Origin: Malacoraja senta
Lineage: Eukaryota
DNA: 64,000 bases
Direction: 5' to 3'
NCBI GenBank assembly: GCA_038087875.1
Contig: CM075992.1
Coordinates: forward strand, 5,520,001 to 5,584,000
The position numbers and the translations under genes are program-made. Position 1 is the stretch's first letter; each line of letters starts with the position of its first letter. Below the pieces are notes generated by a model, which saw only the letters and a program-made list of their open reading frames with translations, was not told the origin of the DNA and did not search any database. Below, one piece after another: positions 24,606 through 37,900 of this stretch.

Positions 24606-27463
24606 ACAGAATAATGAAAGGCACAGATAGAGTGGATGTGGAAAGGATGTTTCCACTGGTGGGAGAGTCTAGGAACAGAGGTCGTAGCCTCAGAATTAAA
24701 GGGCACTCTTTTAGAAAGGAGGTGAGGAGGAACTTCTTTAGTCAGAGGGCAGTTCATCTGTGGAACTCATTGCCACAGAAGGCTGTGGAGGCCAAGTCAG
24801 TGGATATTTTTAAGGCCGAGATAGACAAATTCTTGAATAGAAGGGTTATGGGGAGAAGGCAGGAAAATGGGACTAGGAGGCAGAGATCAGCGATGATTGA
24901 ATGGTGAAGTAGGCTCGATGGGCCGAATGGCCTGATTCTACTCCTATAACTTGTGAAGAACAAACAAGTTCAAACCACGACGGCGCAAGTGGTTTTCATA
25001 GCGACGAAGTGGTTTGCTCCAAACAGCAAATCTGTGCCTGTGAGCTCACGTCAGGAAATGCATATTAAGACCTCAGTAAATCAGACAAAGTCCAACTCAA
25101 GAGCTTAAAGCAGGGCAGGGAATCAAAAAGGGGAATAGAATACAGCGCAACCACAAAGCACAGTGCCAGCACTGAGTCAGAACTGTGCTCTAAATTAGGA
25201 CAAACGCCTCATCGGCAAGGGCACCATCCCCCAGTGGTGCAGTGAAAGATACAGCACGGAAACAAGCCCTTCGGCCCACCGACCAACAACCCACACACAC
25301 CAACACTACCTTACACGCACTAAGGAAATTTTTTACATTTACACCAAGCCAATTAACCTACAAATCTGTAGGTCTTTGGAGTGCGAGAGGAAACCGAAGG
25401 TCTCGGAAAAAACCCACACAGGTCACGGGAAGAAAGTACAAACTCCGTACAGACAGCAGCTGTAGTCAGGATTGAACCCGGGTCTCTGGCGCTGTGAGGC
25501 AGTAGCTCTACCGCTACGCCACCTTGCTGCCCGAGTTCTACGCAAGAAAACACAAGGCCAGTGTATGTAACCTGTTCTCACTCTTTAACCCTTTGAGTCT
25601 CAATATCACACAAGCCATCAATACGATCGAGAGGAGATTTGATTGCATGCATGGTCAGGTGGTGGTTTAAAAAGGGTAGAGAGGGGAAAGATGATACAAT
25701 CACTCGATGGTGAAGCACCAAGGCATTAAAATCTGGGAGTGGGGGCAGTGAAAGAGATTTTAAGAAAAGTTATTTTTTAAACTAAACTGGATTGCCTGTG
25801 TGGTGGTAGAATTAGAGACAAATCAGGATCTTTTTTCAGGGCTCTGTCAGTTCAGTTCCGAACCTCAGATAGACACAAAGTGCTGGAGTAACTCAGCGGG
25901 TCAGTCAGCATCTCTGGAGAACACGGATAGGTGGCGTTTCAGGTCGAGATTCTTCTTCAGACATGATTCTCAACCTCATCTTCACAGTGAAAGTAAACCT
26001 AGCCTACGCAGTATCTCTGCCACCCAAGTCGATATTGTGGTGAAGACAAATTGTGTCGGAAGGAACTGCAGATGAGACACAAATGCTGGAGTAACTCAGC
26101 GGGTCAGACAGCATCTCTGGAGAAAAGGAATAGGTGACATTTTGGGTTGGAATCCATCTTGGCAGAAAAGGAATAGATAGAAGGATTCCAGCCCAAAACA
26201 TTACCTAGACCATTTAGTGTCTGCTGGCTGACCCGCTGAGTTGCTCCAGCATTTTGTGTCTATCTTCAATCTTGCGGTGAATCTCCCCTGCAATTTGTGG
26301 AGCAATTACATCAATCATGGCTGTGTGGTCACCTTCGATGCTCCGTGTGCATCCAACTGAATGAAAGGAGGAAGGGTGTTGCTTTAAAACTTCAATAGTC
26401 AAAGTCAAAGATAAACACAAAATGCTGGAGTAACTCAGCGGGACAGGCAGCATCTCTGGAGAGAAGGAATGGGTGACATTTCAGGTCGAGGCAACTTCGT
26501 CAGTCTGACCCGAAACGTCACCCATTCCTTCTCTCCAGAGATGCTGCCTGTCCCGCTGAGTTACTCCAGCATTTTGTGTCCACCTGCGGGTAACACCAGC
26601 ACCTTCCTTCCTACACACACTCAAAGTCAAGGCGGATTAGACTAGGTTTCGGCTGGTTTACCATTACAATAGACAATAGACAATAGGTGCAGGAGTAGGC
26701 CACTTGGCCCTTCGAGCCAGCACCGCCATTCAATGTGATCATGACTGATCATCCCCATTCAGTACCCCGTTCCTGCCTTCTCCCCATATCCCCTGACTCC
26801 GCTATCTTTAAGAGCCCTATCTAGCTCTCTCTTGAAAGCATCCAGAGAACCTGCCTCCACCACCCTCTGAGGCAGAGAATTCCACAGACTCGCCACTCTC
26901 TGTGTGAAAAAGTGTTTCCTCGTCTCCGTTCTAAATGGCCTACTCCTTATTCTTAAATATACAACCTTGCGGTGTCAGACTGGAGTGACCCTGATCACTT
27001 GCCACAGGAGCCGGTCTCAGGGACAGGCAGCCCTGACTGCTCAACGATCAATCATGCAGCTGTGACCACGTGACCTGCCCGGGCCATCTGCTGCGGTCGG
27101 ATGCAAAGTTGAATCAGGAACTAGACTCTGGCAAGAACAGGAAGCTGCGGAGTAGATGAGTACCACTGGAGAAATTCCTCATTGTACCTTGTACAGAAAG
27201 TACAGCACAGAAAGAAGCCATTCAGCCCCAAGTAGTTTCGTTTCGGTTTAGTTTGTTGTCACGTGTACCAAGGTACAGTGAAAAGCTTTTGTCAAGTCAA
27301 GTCAAGTCAAGTGAGTTTATTGTCATGTGTCCCTGGCAGGACAATGAAATTCTTGCTTTGCTTGAGCACAACAGAACATAGTAGGCATTTACTACAAGGC
27401 ATTCTATAAATATATACACAATGGTCAATATAATGTTGCGTGCTAACCAGGCAGCAGAAAGAC

Positions 27464-27587
27464 AAGGTAGACAAAAGTGCTGGAGAAACTCAGCGGGTGC
27501 GGCAGCATCTATGGAGCGAAGGATATTTCCTTCGTTCCATAGATGCTGCCGCACCCGCTGAGTTTCTCCAGCACTTTTGTCTACCTT
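27464..27587. repeat. Near-perfect 60-bp-arm hairpin made of two inverted Penelope 3' ends
   Basis: AAGGTAGACAAAAGTGCTGG...GCGAAGGA-TATT-TCCTTCGT...CCAGCACTTTTGTCTACCTT, one mismatch (G.U in RNA). Confidence 0.9.
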
Positions 27588-28331
27588 CGATTTTCCAGCA
27601 TCTGCAGTTCCTTCTTAAGCAGAAAGACAATACATGATTACAATCGAGCCATTCACAGTGTATAGATACATAAGGGAATAATGTTTAGTGCAAGATAAAG
27701 CCAGTAAAGTCCGATCTAGGATAGTCCGAGAGTCACCTATGAGGTAGGTTAGTTCAGGACTGGTCTCGAATTGTGGTAGGCTGATTCAGTTGCCTGATAA
27801 CAGCTGGGAAGAAACTGACCCCGAATCTGGAGGTGGGCATTTTCACACGTCTATACCTTATGCCTGACGAGAGGCAGGGAGAAGAGGGGGTGGCCAGGGT
27901 GCAACGCATCCTTGATAATGCTGCTGGCCTTGCTGAGGCAGCGTGAGGTATAAATGGAGTCATGCCTTGCATCCTGGTCACATGCAAAGTGCATCATGGC
28001 CATTAAAAACTAGACCTCACATCCTTCCAAACTCCAGTGAGTTTAGGCACACAGCCTCATGTGTCAGTCCGATCATCCATGAGACAATTCTCGTAAACCT
28101 CCTCTGGACCTTCTCCAATGCCGGCACATCCATCCACAGATATGGGGCACCACGCTAGCCCACGTCCAGATGACCAATGCACAGGAAGGAACTGCAGATA
28201 CTGGTTTATGCCAAAGGTACACACAAAATGCTGGAGTAACTCAGCGGGACAGACAGCATCTCTGGAGAGAATGAACCAATACTGCATGGAGTGTATTATT
28301 GGAGGGCATCTGACAATACCCTAGTCTGGAA

Positions 28332-28713
28332 CAAAGATCCTATAGCGAGCAAGACAGTCCACTCGACGAAAATGACGTAGTACGGTCATGGGCAGATTCA
28401 TGGGTAATTATAGGCCCCCATTTCCGTAACCGGCTTCCGTCTCCGCACCAAAGATCCCATAGGATAATAGTGCGGAGACGGAAGCCGGTTACTGAAACAT
28501 CCTCGTAAAAATAAAAGTTATTTGGGAAAAATCTTCTCCTCATTTTCAGAATTTTAATTTATTAACACAAACTGTTCCCCCACAACGTTGATTACACTGC
28601 GAGTCGGGTCGGGTCGGGTCCGGTTACGGAAATGGATGATAAAAAGGCCCACATTCCGCTCCGTTGCGTACTACACGTCAGCCCATTGCATTTAGCAGGA
28701 GTGGTCTATCTTG
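28332..28713. mobile_element. Non-autonomous DNA transposon with CAAAGAT/ATCTTG ends and 8-bp TSD
   Basis: TSD GTCTGGAA at 28324-28331 and 28714-28721; subterminal inverted similarity CAAGACAGTCCACTC / GAGTGGTCTATCTTG; CpG-rich interior. Confidence 0.7.
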
Positions 28714-29074
28714 GTCTGGAAGGTTTGAGACACACAAAAAAAACAAATACACATTATCAGTTAGTTTTACACACTTCACTGTCTAGCCAAAGAGGATGAG
28801 AGAATCGCTGGAGAGAGATTATCAGCTCATTAAAAGTAACAGTAACGACACTAAACCAATGTTGTCAGTCATGGCAATTGACTGTAAGCAGGGGAATGGG
28901 TTTGTACTCAGCAGGGCTTCTCCCTGCAAATTGGGGCACTTACAACAATCATGCACCAATCTCAGCTCAACGTAAAGCTTGCACCTTTCTGAAATTCAGC
29001 ATACAGGTGAGATAGACACAACATGCTGGAGTAACTTAGGTGGATAGGCAGCATCTCTGGAGAGAAGAAATGAC

Positions 29075-29670
29075 AATAGACAACAGACAATAGGTGCAGG
29101 AGTAGGCCATTCGGCCCTTCGAACCAGCACCGCCATTCAATGTGATCAGGGCTGATCATCCACAATGGGTACCCCGTTTTTGCCTTCTCCCCATATCCCT
29201 TGACTCCGCTATCTTTAAGAGCTCCACCTAACTCCCTCTTGAAAGGATCCAGAGAATTGGCCTCCACTGCCTTCTGACACAGAGAATTCCACAGATTCAC
29301 AACTCTCTGGGTGAAAAAGTTTTTCCTCATCTCCGTTCTAAATGGCCTACCCCTTATTCTTAAACTGTGGCCCCTGGTTCTGGTCTCCCCCAACATGTTT
29401 CCTGCCTCTAGCGTGTCCAATCCCTTAATAATCTTACATGTTTCAAGACGATCCCCTAATCCTTCTAAATTCCAGTGTACACAAGCCCAGTCGCTCCATT
29501 CTTTCAACATATGACAGTCCCGCCACCCCGGGAATTAACCTCGTGAACTTACGCTGCATTCCCTCAATAGCAAGAATGTCCTTCCTCAAATTTGGAGACC
29601 AAAACTGCACACAATACTCCAGGTGTGGTCTCACTTGGGCCCTGTACAACTGCAGAAGGACCTCTTCCCT
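29075..29670 (-). mobile_element. CR1 LINE 3' fragment (related fragments at ~10430-10750, 12850-13790, 15585-16070, 21535-22175, 24330-24950, 26665-26960, 45890-46305, 54740-55990)
   Basis: VRPHLEYCVQFWSP, TRGHSLRIRG and FFTQRVVNLWNSL motifs, with a (CTATTGT)n-type tail. Confidence 0.9.
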
Positions 29671-32582
29671 TTCCATATCTTGACTGGTTGAGATCTTGCA
29701 ACATTTTTAATTTCTCTGTCAAGAAAGGGTGACCTTTCAGGTTGAGACCTTTCTTCTAAAAAAGTCAGAAGAAGGGTTTCGACCCGAAATGTCACCCATT
29801 CTTTCTCTCCAGAAATGCTGCCTGTCCCGCTGAGTTACTCCAGCATTTTGTATCTATCTTCAGTGTAAACCAGCATCTGCAGTTCCTTTCTATACAGATG
29901 AGATATCTTGTTTGGATGAGAATTAAACTGAGCTCATATAAAGAGTACAAGTGAGTTCCCTAGCTGTTCACCCCTCAAAAGCCACCACCATAAACCCACC
30001 GCTTTTGGGTGGGATATTACTGGGTGTCTGCATATGACTACCTGCACTTCAAAAGTACGGGACGGAAGTTTTCTCTTATGCAAAGAATCACAGAAATGTC
30101 ATTAATATCCCAGACCTCTAGGCAAGTGAGATCAAACCATCGTGCAAATGTCACATGCAATTGAACTGAATAAACATGAAATATAGAACAATGCAGCACA
30201 GGAACAGTGTCTGTGCCAAACATGATGCTAAATTAAACTAATCTCCCATCTGCATGTGATCCATATCCTTCCATTCCCTGTATATCCATGAGTCTATCCA
30301 AAAGTTGACAAAAGTGCTGGAGAAACTCAGCGGGTGCAGCAGCATCTATGGAGCGAAGGAAATAGGCAACGTTTCGGGCCAAACCCCTTCTTCAGACTGA
30401 TGTAGGGTGGGGGTGGGGGGGGCGGGTAGAAGAAAGGAAAAAGGAAGAGGAGCCCGAGGGCCGAGGGCTGAGGGAGAGCTGAGAAGGGGAGGAGACAGCA
30501 AGGGCTACCGGAAATTGGAGAAGTCAATGTTTATGCCGTAAGGGTGTCCCAAAATTCTCTTCAATGCCACTACCGTATCTGTCTCCTCCACTCTCCCCTG
30601 CTTTTTCCAGAAGTAAACTTTATTCAGAATAATGTGTACACAAAAAAAAAAGAACAGTGCAAAAACAGCTCAGCGGCTAAACATACTGTACATTCATTAG
30701 CATTATATTTGGTGGTGTTCACAAACCTATCATTATACCAGGTACACAAAAATGCTGGAGAAACTCAGCGGGTGCAGCAGCATCTATGGAGCGAAGGAAA
30801 TAGGCAACGTTTCGGGCCAAAACCCTTCTTCAGACTGGGTTTCGTCAGACTATCATTATACCATGCAGGTAGACAAAAATGCTGGGGAAACTCAGCGGGT
30901 CAGGCAGCATCTATGGAGCGAAGGAAATAGGCAACGTTTCGGGCCGAAACCCTTCTTCAGACTAATCTGCATCTGCAGTTCCTTCTTAAACATTATACCA
31001 TGCAGCCTTGCCAGTCATATGGCTCCCCCACTCCTGCTGGCAGTGTGCTCTCCGCTTTCAATTCCCTCCCTAGCCCCAGTTCCATCAGATCAGAGCTGCT
31101 ATGTACAGCGGGTCAGGCAGCATCCCTGGAGAAAAAGGATGGCTGACGTTTCGGGTCAGGACCCTTCTTCAGACTGAAAGTAGAGGTGGGGTGGGAAGGG
31201 GGGAGACTCGAGGTAGAGGACCTCATCGTTTGACCATCACCCATCCGTTTTCTCCAGAGATGCTGCCTGATCTGCTGAGTTACCACTGCATTTTATGTTT
31301 ATCTTCAGTATAAACCAGCATCTGTAGTTCCTTCCTGCACATTCAGAGCTGCTATACGTCTACCATGGGAAAACAGTAAACTTTAAAAAAAACATTCACG
31401 CCCTGCAAATTATCTCTTCTCCGCTCTCCCATAGGGCAGAGGATACAAAAGCTTGAAAGAATGTACCACCCGATTCAAGAACAGCTTCTCCCCACTGTTG
31501 CCAGACTCTTCAACTCACTTCTCATCAACTCATAGCCCTGTCCCACGGTACGAGTTCATTCCAAGAGCTCTCCCGAGTTTGCCCTGATTCGAACTCGGAG
31601 ATTTACGGTAACGGCCACTCGTCGGTACTCGGGGCTCTCGTGGACATTTTTCAACATGTTGAAAAATCTTCACGAGTCTTCCCGTGCTTACCTGCCGTTA
31701 GCGAGTCTTCCCGAGTACTTGCCGTTAGCGTTATGAGCCGCTAAGAGACGTCCCCGAGCTCTGACGTACCCGCTATGTTCATTGTCCGTGCTTACCGCGA
31801 GTTTGATTTTTTTTTAAACTCGGGAGAGCTCTTGGAATGAACTTGTACCGTGGGACAGGGCTTTAAGATAGACACAAAATGCTGGAGTAACTCAGAGAGA
31901 AGGAATGGGTGACATTTCGGCTCGAGACCCTTCTTCAGACTAAGGGTGTATTTCTGATCTCCCTGGTTGCAATCCTTGCACTGTCTTTTATATGTACTTA
32001 CTCTGTAGTTGTAACACAATATTCTGCACCGGTGCACCCATGTATGGGTCGATTGTACTCATGCACGATATCATATGCCTGGATAGCACGCAAAACAAAG
32101 ATTTTCATTTTATCTCCGTACACGTGACAATAATAAACCGATACTAATACCTGCATTTTCTCTTTATCATGACACCTTTATCCAACTAAATTGAACGGCT
32201 GACACCGGATAAGGTGGTCAAGAAAGCTTTTGGCACATTGGCCTTCACCGACCGGTCAGGGCACTGAGTGAAGAAGTTGGAACGCTATTTTACAGCTGTA
32301 AAAGGAACTAGTTTCTGGAGAGTCAAAAGAGCACTCGGAACAACAACCGGCTCCTCTCCCTGCGCTGTAGGATGGAGTGGTTCAGGAGATCCTTCACCCC
32401 TGCAGCCATTAGATTTTATAATACGGCTGTAGGGGGATGCGTTTTTGCATTTTTTGCATTGCAATTTAAAAATTGGTCTTTTTAAGTATTTATTGCTCTC
32501 AGGTATTGTCCAGATTGTATTTTATTCTGCGTTCGGGGGGCTTCAGGACATCTGAATTTCCCTGAGGGGATCAATAAAGTAT

Positions 32583-32615
<33 letters not shown>

Positions 32616-34430
32616 GTGATGCCACAGTTGTGAATATTTTATTCCGTTTTGATCACCCTGATTTGGGAAAGACACTGTTATGGCGCAAAGAGTCCACAGA
32701 AGATGTACGAGGACGTTGTCAGGACTTATACGATAACAATAGAACTTTATTCATCCCCGGAGGGAAATTGATCTGCCGACAGTCACGACACACAAGGTAC
32801 ACGAAAACGTGAAATTAAAAAGTGAAAACAAACAGTAATAGACAAGCAACTGTTGGCTGGCTGCCGTGTGCACAGTGCGTAAACCTGAACGAGCGAGCGA
32901 ACAAACAAACAAACACAGGCTTATCCCCTGGGCAGAGGATTCTTAAATTAGAGTGCAACCCCCCCCCCCTCCCCCCACATCGGGTCCCCCTTTATTCTGC
33001 ACCGTCCCCCACACGCTGGGTCCCCTTTATTCTTCACGGCAGTCTGATCTACAGGGAGAGGTTGGGCTGGCTACAAGTGTATTCCTTGGAGTGTAGGAGG
33101 ATGAGAGGTGATCTTATAGAGGTGTGTAAGATCATGAGGGTATAGATAGGGTAAATACACAGAGCCCCGGCCACACACTCATCTCCCCGCTACCTTCAGG
33201 TAGAAGGTACAGGAGCCTGAAGACTGCAACGTCCAGGTTCAGGAATAGCCACTTCCCACAGCCATCAGGCTATTGAACTCAACTCAAACAAAACTCTGAA
33301 CATGAATAGCCCATCATCAGTTTATTTGCACTTTATCAGTTTATTTATTCATGTGTGCATATATTTATACAATGGTATATAGACACACTGATCTGTTCTG
33401 TATTTATGCCGACTATAATCTGTTGTGCTGAAGCAAAGCAAGAATTTCATTGTCCTATCTGTGACACATGACAATAAAACATCTCTTGAATCTTGAGAGA
33501 CAGGGTATCAAGAACCAGAGGACATAGGCTTAAGGTGAGAAAGGAATCTGAGGGGCACTTTTTTCCCCCCACACAGAGTATGCTAGGTATACAATAAGAG
33601 CTGCCAGGAGCTAGTTGAGGTAGAAACTGTAACATTAAAAAGACATTTGGACAGGTACTGTACATCGATAGGAAAGGTTTAGAGGGATATGGACAGAACG
33701 TGGGTAGGTGGGACTAGTGTAGATGGGGCACCTTGTTCAGCATGGACAAGAAGGGCCGAAGGGCCTGTTTCCATGCTGTACGACTCCGACCCAAAGTCAA
33801 CTCAGTCAGTTGTTTAATTTCTTGCCCAGAAACTCTTTTTGTGAAAAATGTGCATAGAGGCATTCACAAGAAATCTCACGGGATAGTAAAGAAATGAGGG
33901 AATAGTACATCAAAGTGGCCCCAAGGACAAAGATCAACATGATCTCATTCAATAGCAAGATAGGCACAAGGTGCCAAATGGCCGATCCCTGTTTCTGCTT
34001 TCATGTTCTTATCCTCTCTATTCCAAGTTATTCCCCAATATCTGTCAGCTAATGAACTTTTGATCTGCTTTGTTAGCAAACACACGACCCAGGGCCAATC
34101 TCATATTCTGCTCCTCCAAACACCCGTCCAACCAGAATCCCATCTCCCCTCCCCACTAACCTCTTTCCCCCTGGAGTTGGCTGCCACTACAACTGCGCCT
34201 TGACCTTCACTGAAACAAAGACAGAAGATGCTGGAAACACGCTCAGCAGGTCAGACACTATCTACGGAACGAGTTAAGAGTCAAAGCTTCATATCTGGGA
34301 CCCTTCAGCAAAATTAAGAAGAGTTTCAGATTCAAGATTCCAGATGCGAGCGTGAAGCGGTGCACTTTGAGAGTTTGAATGCAAGGGGAGAGTATAGAGT
34401 TCATGGCAAGACCTTTAATTAACAGCATTA

Positions 34431-34940
34431 AGGGCCTGTCCCACTTGGACGACCTAGTCCATGAGTTTAGAAGACCCTAGACGAGTTGAAAAAAATGTCA
34501 AGGTGGTGTTGACTCGCCGAAGTAAAAGACCTCCTACGACTATGTCTACGACCTCCTACGACCCCCCTCGACCTCAGTCTTCCACACCTAAGACCAGCTA
34601 CGAGTGGAAAATGATCATATGATAAAATGATGTCATTATTGCATTTTTATTCTCGGGTCAGTTACCGACCTACGACTACCATCACGACCTACTACGACCT
34701 ACATACGAGTAAAAAGTATCAATTTTTTCCATGCCGACCTTTTTTTTTTTTTTAACTCGTGGACATTTTTTTTATCAGGCTTGAAAAACGCCGCGTCCTA
34801 CTTGAGGCCACGAGCACACGGAGACCACTCATGAGCATGAGGAAGAGTTACGAAGACCTCCTACGACCATGCTGCGAGTATGAGTCAAGGGCAAACTCGG
34901 CAGAGGTCGGCAATTAGGTCGTGAAAGTGAGACAGGGCCT
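34431..34940. mobile_element. PIF/Harbinger-like MITE family B (copy at 55042-55569 in opposite orientation; relatives at 36759-37063 and 48552-49089)
   Basis: TIR AGGGCCTGTCCCACTT; 3-bp TSDs TTA/TTA (34428-30, 34941-43) and TAA/TAA at the 48552 and 55042 copies. Confidence 0.85.
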
Positions 34941-37900
34941 TTATATGTCGGAAGGAACTGCAGATGCTAGTTTATACCGAAGATAGACAAAGAGTGCTGG
35001 AGCAACTTAGCTGGTCAGGCAGCATCTCTGGAGGAAAAGGATGGGTGACATTTCAGAACTGGCTGGGTCTGAAGAAGGGTTTTGACCCGAAACATCACCC
35101 ATCCTTTTTCTCCAGAAATGCAGCCTGACCTGCTGACCTATTCCAGCACTTTGTGTCTATCTTCCCCTTACAGCATTTGTGCAGAGTGTAAGAAACAACT
35201 GCAGATGCTGGTTTAAACCGAAGATAGACACAAAATGCTGGAGTAACTCAGTGGGACAGGCAGCATCTCTGGAGAGAAGGAATGGGTGACGTTTCGGGTT
35301 GAGACCTTTCTTCAGACACTTTAATGTACAGAGTTTAGATTAGTTTATTGTCACAAGTATTGAGGTACAGTGAAAAGCTTTTCTGCAGCATTATTGCTCT
35401 TTCCACTGGTGCTGTTCGATCAACCGAGTGAGGGATCTTGGAGTCCAGGTTCGTAGTCCACTAAAGGTGACAGCACAAGTAGATCGGTAGGTAAAGGCAA
35501 CGTATGATTTTAGCAGGTACACAAAAATGCTGGAGAAACTCAGCGGGTGCAGCAGCATCTATGGAGCGAAGGAAATAGGCAACGTTTCGGGCCCGAAACC
35601 CTTCTTCAGACTGATTGATTCAGACAGGTATGATTTTAGCAGTCTGGAGAAGGGTTCCGACCCGAAACGTCACCCGTCCTATTCTCCAGAGATGCTGCCT
35701 GACCCGCTGAGTTACTCCAGCACTTTGTGTCTATCTTCGGTATAAACAGCATCTGCAGTTACTTCCTACACAGGCGTATGGTATGATATGCTTGCCTTCA
35801 TTGCTTAGGAAATTGAGTATAAGAGTCAGGAAATAAGAATGTAACTCCGGAAGACTTTGGTTATGCCGAATTGTACGGTACAGTGTCTGGTCTCCCCATT
35901 ACACAGGTGCTGCCTGAGTAGCTGAGTGTTCTAGTACTTTCCGATTTTATACACAGATGCCAACGTCTGCAGTGATTTTGATTTTCATTTGAACTCTAAT
36001 GACCTGTCCAAGTGCCTGCTCAAGAGAGGCACAACATTGCAGACAGCATTTATCATTCAATCAGTATCATTAGACCAGATTAAGCAGTTATTATCATCTT
36101 GTTTACCATCGGGCCTTGCCGCTACATTACAAACCCACTTCACATCTACTTCCCTGGATACAACATGTACTAAACGTGATCATGAAACGCATGACCCAAA
36201 TATAAAACATTTATATATAACCGAAGGGAAAACAGGTGGGAATCACAATCAGGTCAATGCCAAACAAGCGCATGGTAAATGTTCCTTTTGTGATGTCCAA
36301 GGAAACCAGATTTGCAAAACCCGACTGAGTATTTTGCTCACAATCAAGATAAGGAGAACCAAGGAAGTGCAGATGCTGGTTTACACAAAAGGACTAAGTG
36401 CTGGAGGAACTCAGTGGGTCAGGCAGCATCTCATGCGAAAATGGATGTGTGATATTTTGGGTCTGGACCCTTCTTCTGACATTTGAGGGGGGGGGGGGGG
36501 AAGAGACACAGGGATCTTGAACAAAATGCAAGAATCTTGAAAAAAATACAAAATACTAGAGGAACTCAGTGGGTCCAAAACAGATCTCGAGTTGCTTCAG
36601 ATAATAGTACTGCAGCTGATTTTTCTCAAGAAGACAGTCAGCTGCAATAGCCGACTGAAGAAGGGTCCCAATCCAAGATGTCACCGCATTCCCTCCACAG
36701 ATCCAGCACTTTCTGTTCTACATACGATTTCAGCATCTGCAGTTCCTCGTGTCTCCAATGGGCCTGTCCCACTTGGCGATTTTTTTAGGCAACTGCCGGC
36801 GACTGTCACTGTTCTAGCGGCGACAAACCTACGTCATCCTGGCGACAACCTACGACAGCCCCTACGTCAGGAGAAGTCAAGCTTCGCTCATTGGCATAAA
36901 CCCACTGTCGCCGAAAATGTTTCAACATGTTGAAAATTTTGCAGTGACCAGAAAGACGATACGACTTTTTGCGCGACTGAGGAGACTACTCCGGCGGCCA
37001 CAGCCGAACATGTGGCAACAAACAAGTCGCCTTAAAAAAAATTGCCTAAATGGGACAGGCCCATAACTCTAAAAAATCTCCACAGCTACTACCTGGCCTG
37101 GGACTAGCTTAGATGGGGCATCTTGGTCAGCATAGACGAACTGGACCAAACGGCCTGTTTCTGTGTTGTACGACTCTGATCTATGATTATTTCCAACATT
37201 TAGTTTACTTCAGGGATTCAGCATCTGCATTTTTTCCATTTTCAATTAATTAAAGTGGGTGCAAGGTCATTGACCCGAAACATCAGCTCTGCTTCTCTCC
37301 AGATGCTACCTGACCTGCTGAGTGATTCCAGCACTCCATATATATGTAAAAGTCCTTGACACTGAGAATTTCAAACAAAAGAAAAGTCATGAAAAAAATA
37401 CTACTGTACGTGGTACAAAGATATCTCAGGAGAGAAACTTAATTGTGTGATTCTTCAAATAGGGTGGTAAGAATGGGCAGAGGGAACAGACAGTTTCTGC
37501 CCAGCTCTTATCAGAACTCTTCTGTCACCAACTAGAGCCTGGTCCTGACATATCATTCGCTTCATTGGAGACCCTCAGACTATCTTTAATCGTACTTTAC
37601 TGGACTTGATCTTGCACTAAACATTATTCCCTTCATCCTGTGCCTGTTTACTGTGGATGACTTGAATGTAATCATATAATCTTTCTGTTGATAGACTCAA
37701 AAAGCCGGAGTAACCCAGCAGGACTGGCAGCATCTCTGGAGAGAGGGAATGGGTGACGATTCGGGTCGAGACCTTTATTTCTGCTGACTGGATAGCACAC
37801 AAAAGCTTTTCACTGTACCTCGGGACACATGGCAATAAACAAAACGGGATAGTTTTGTTTAGCGATACAGCATGGAAACAGGTCCCTTGCTCACTGAGTC

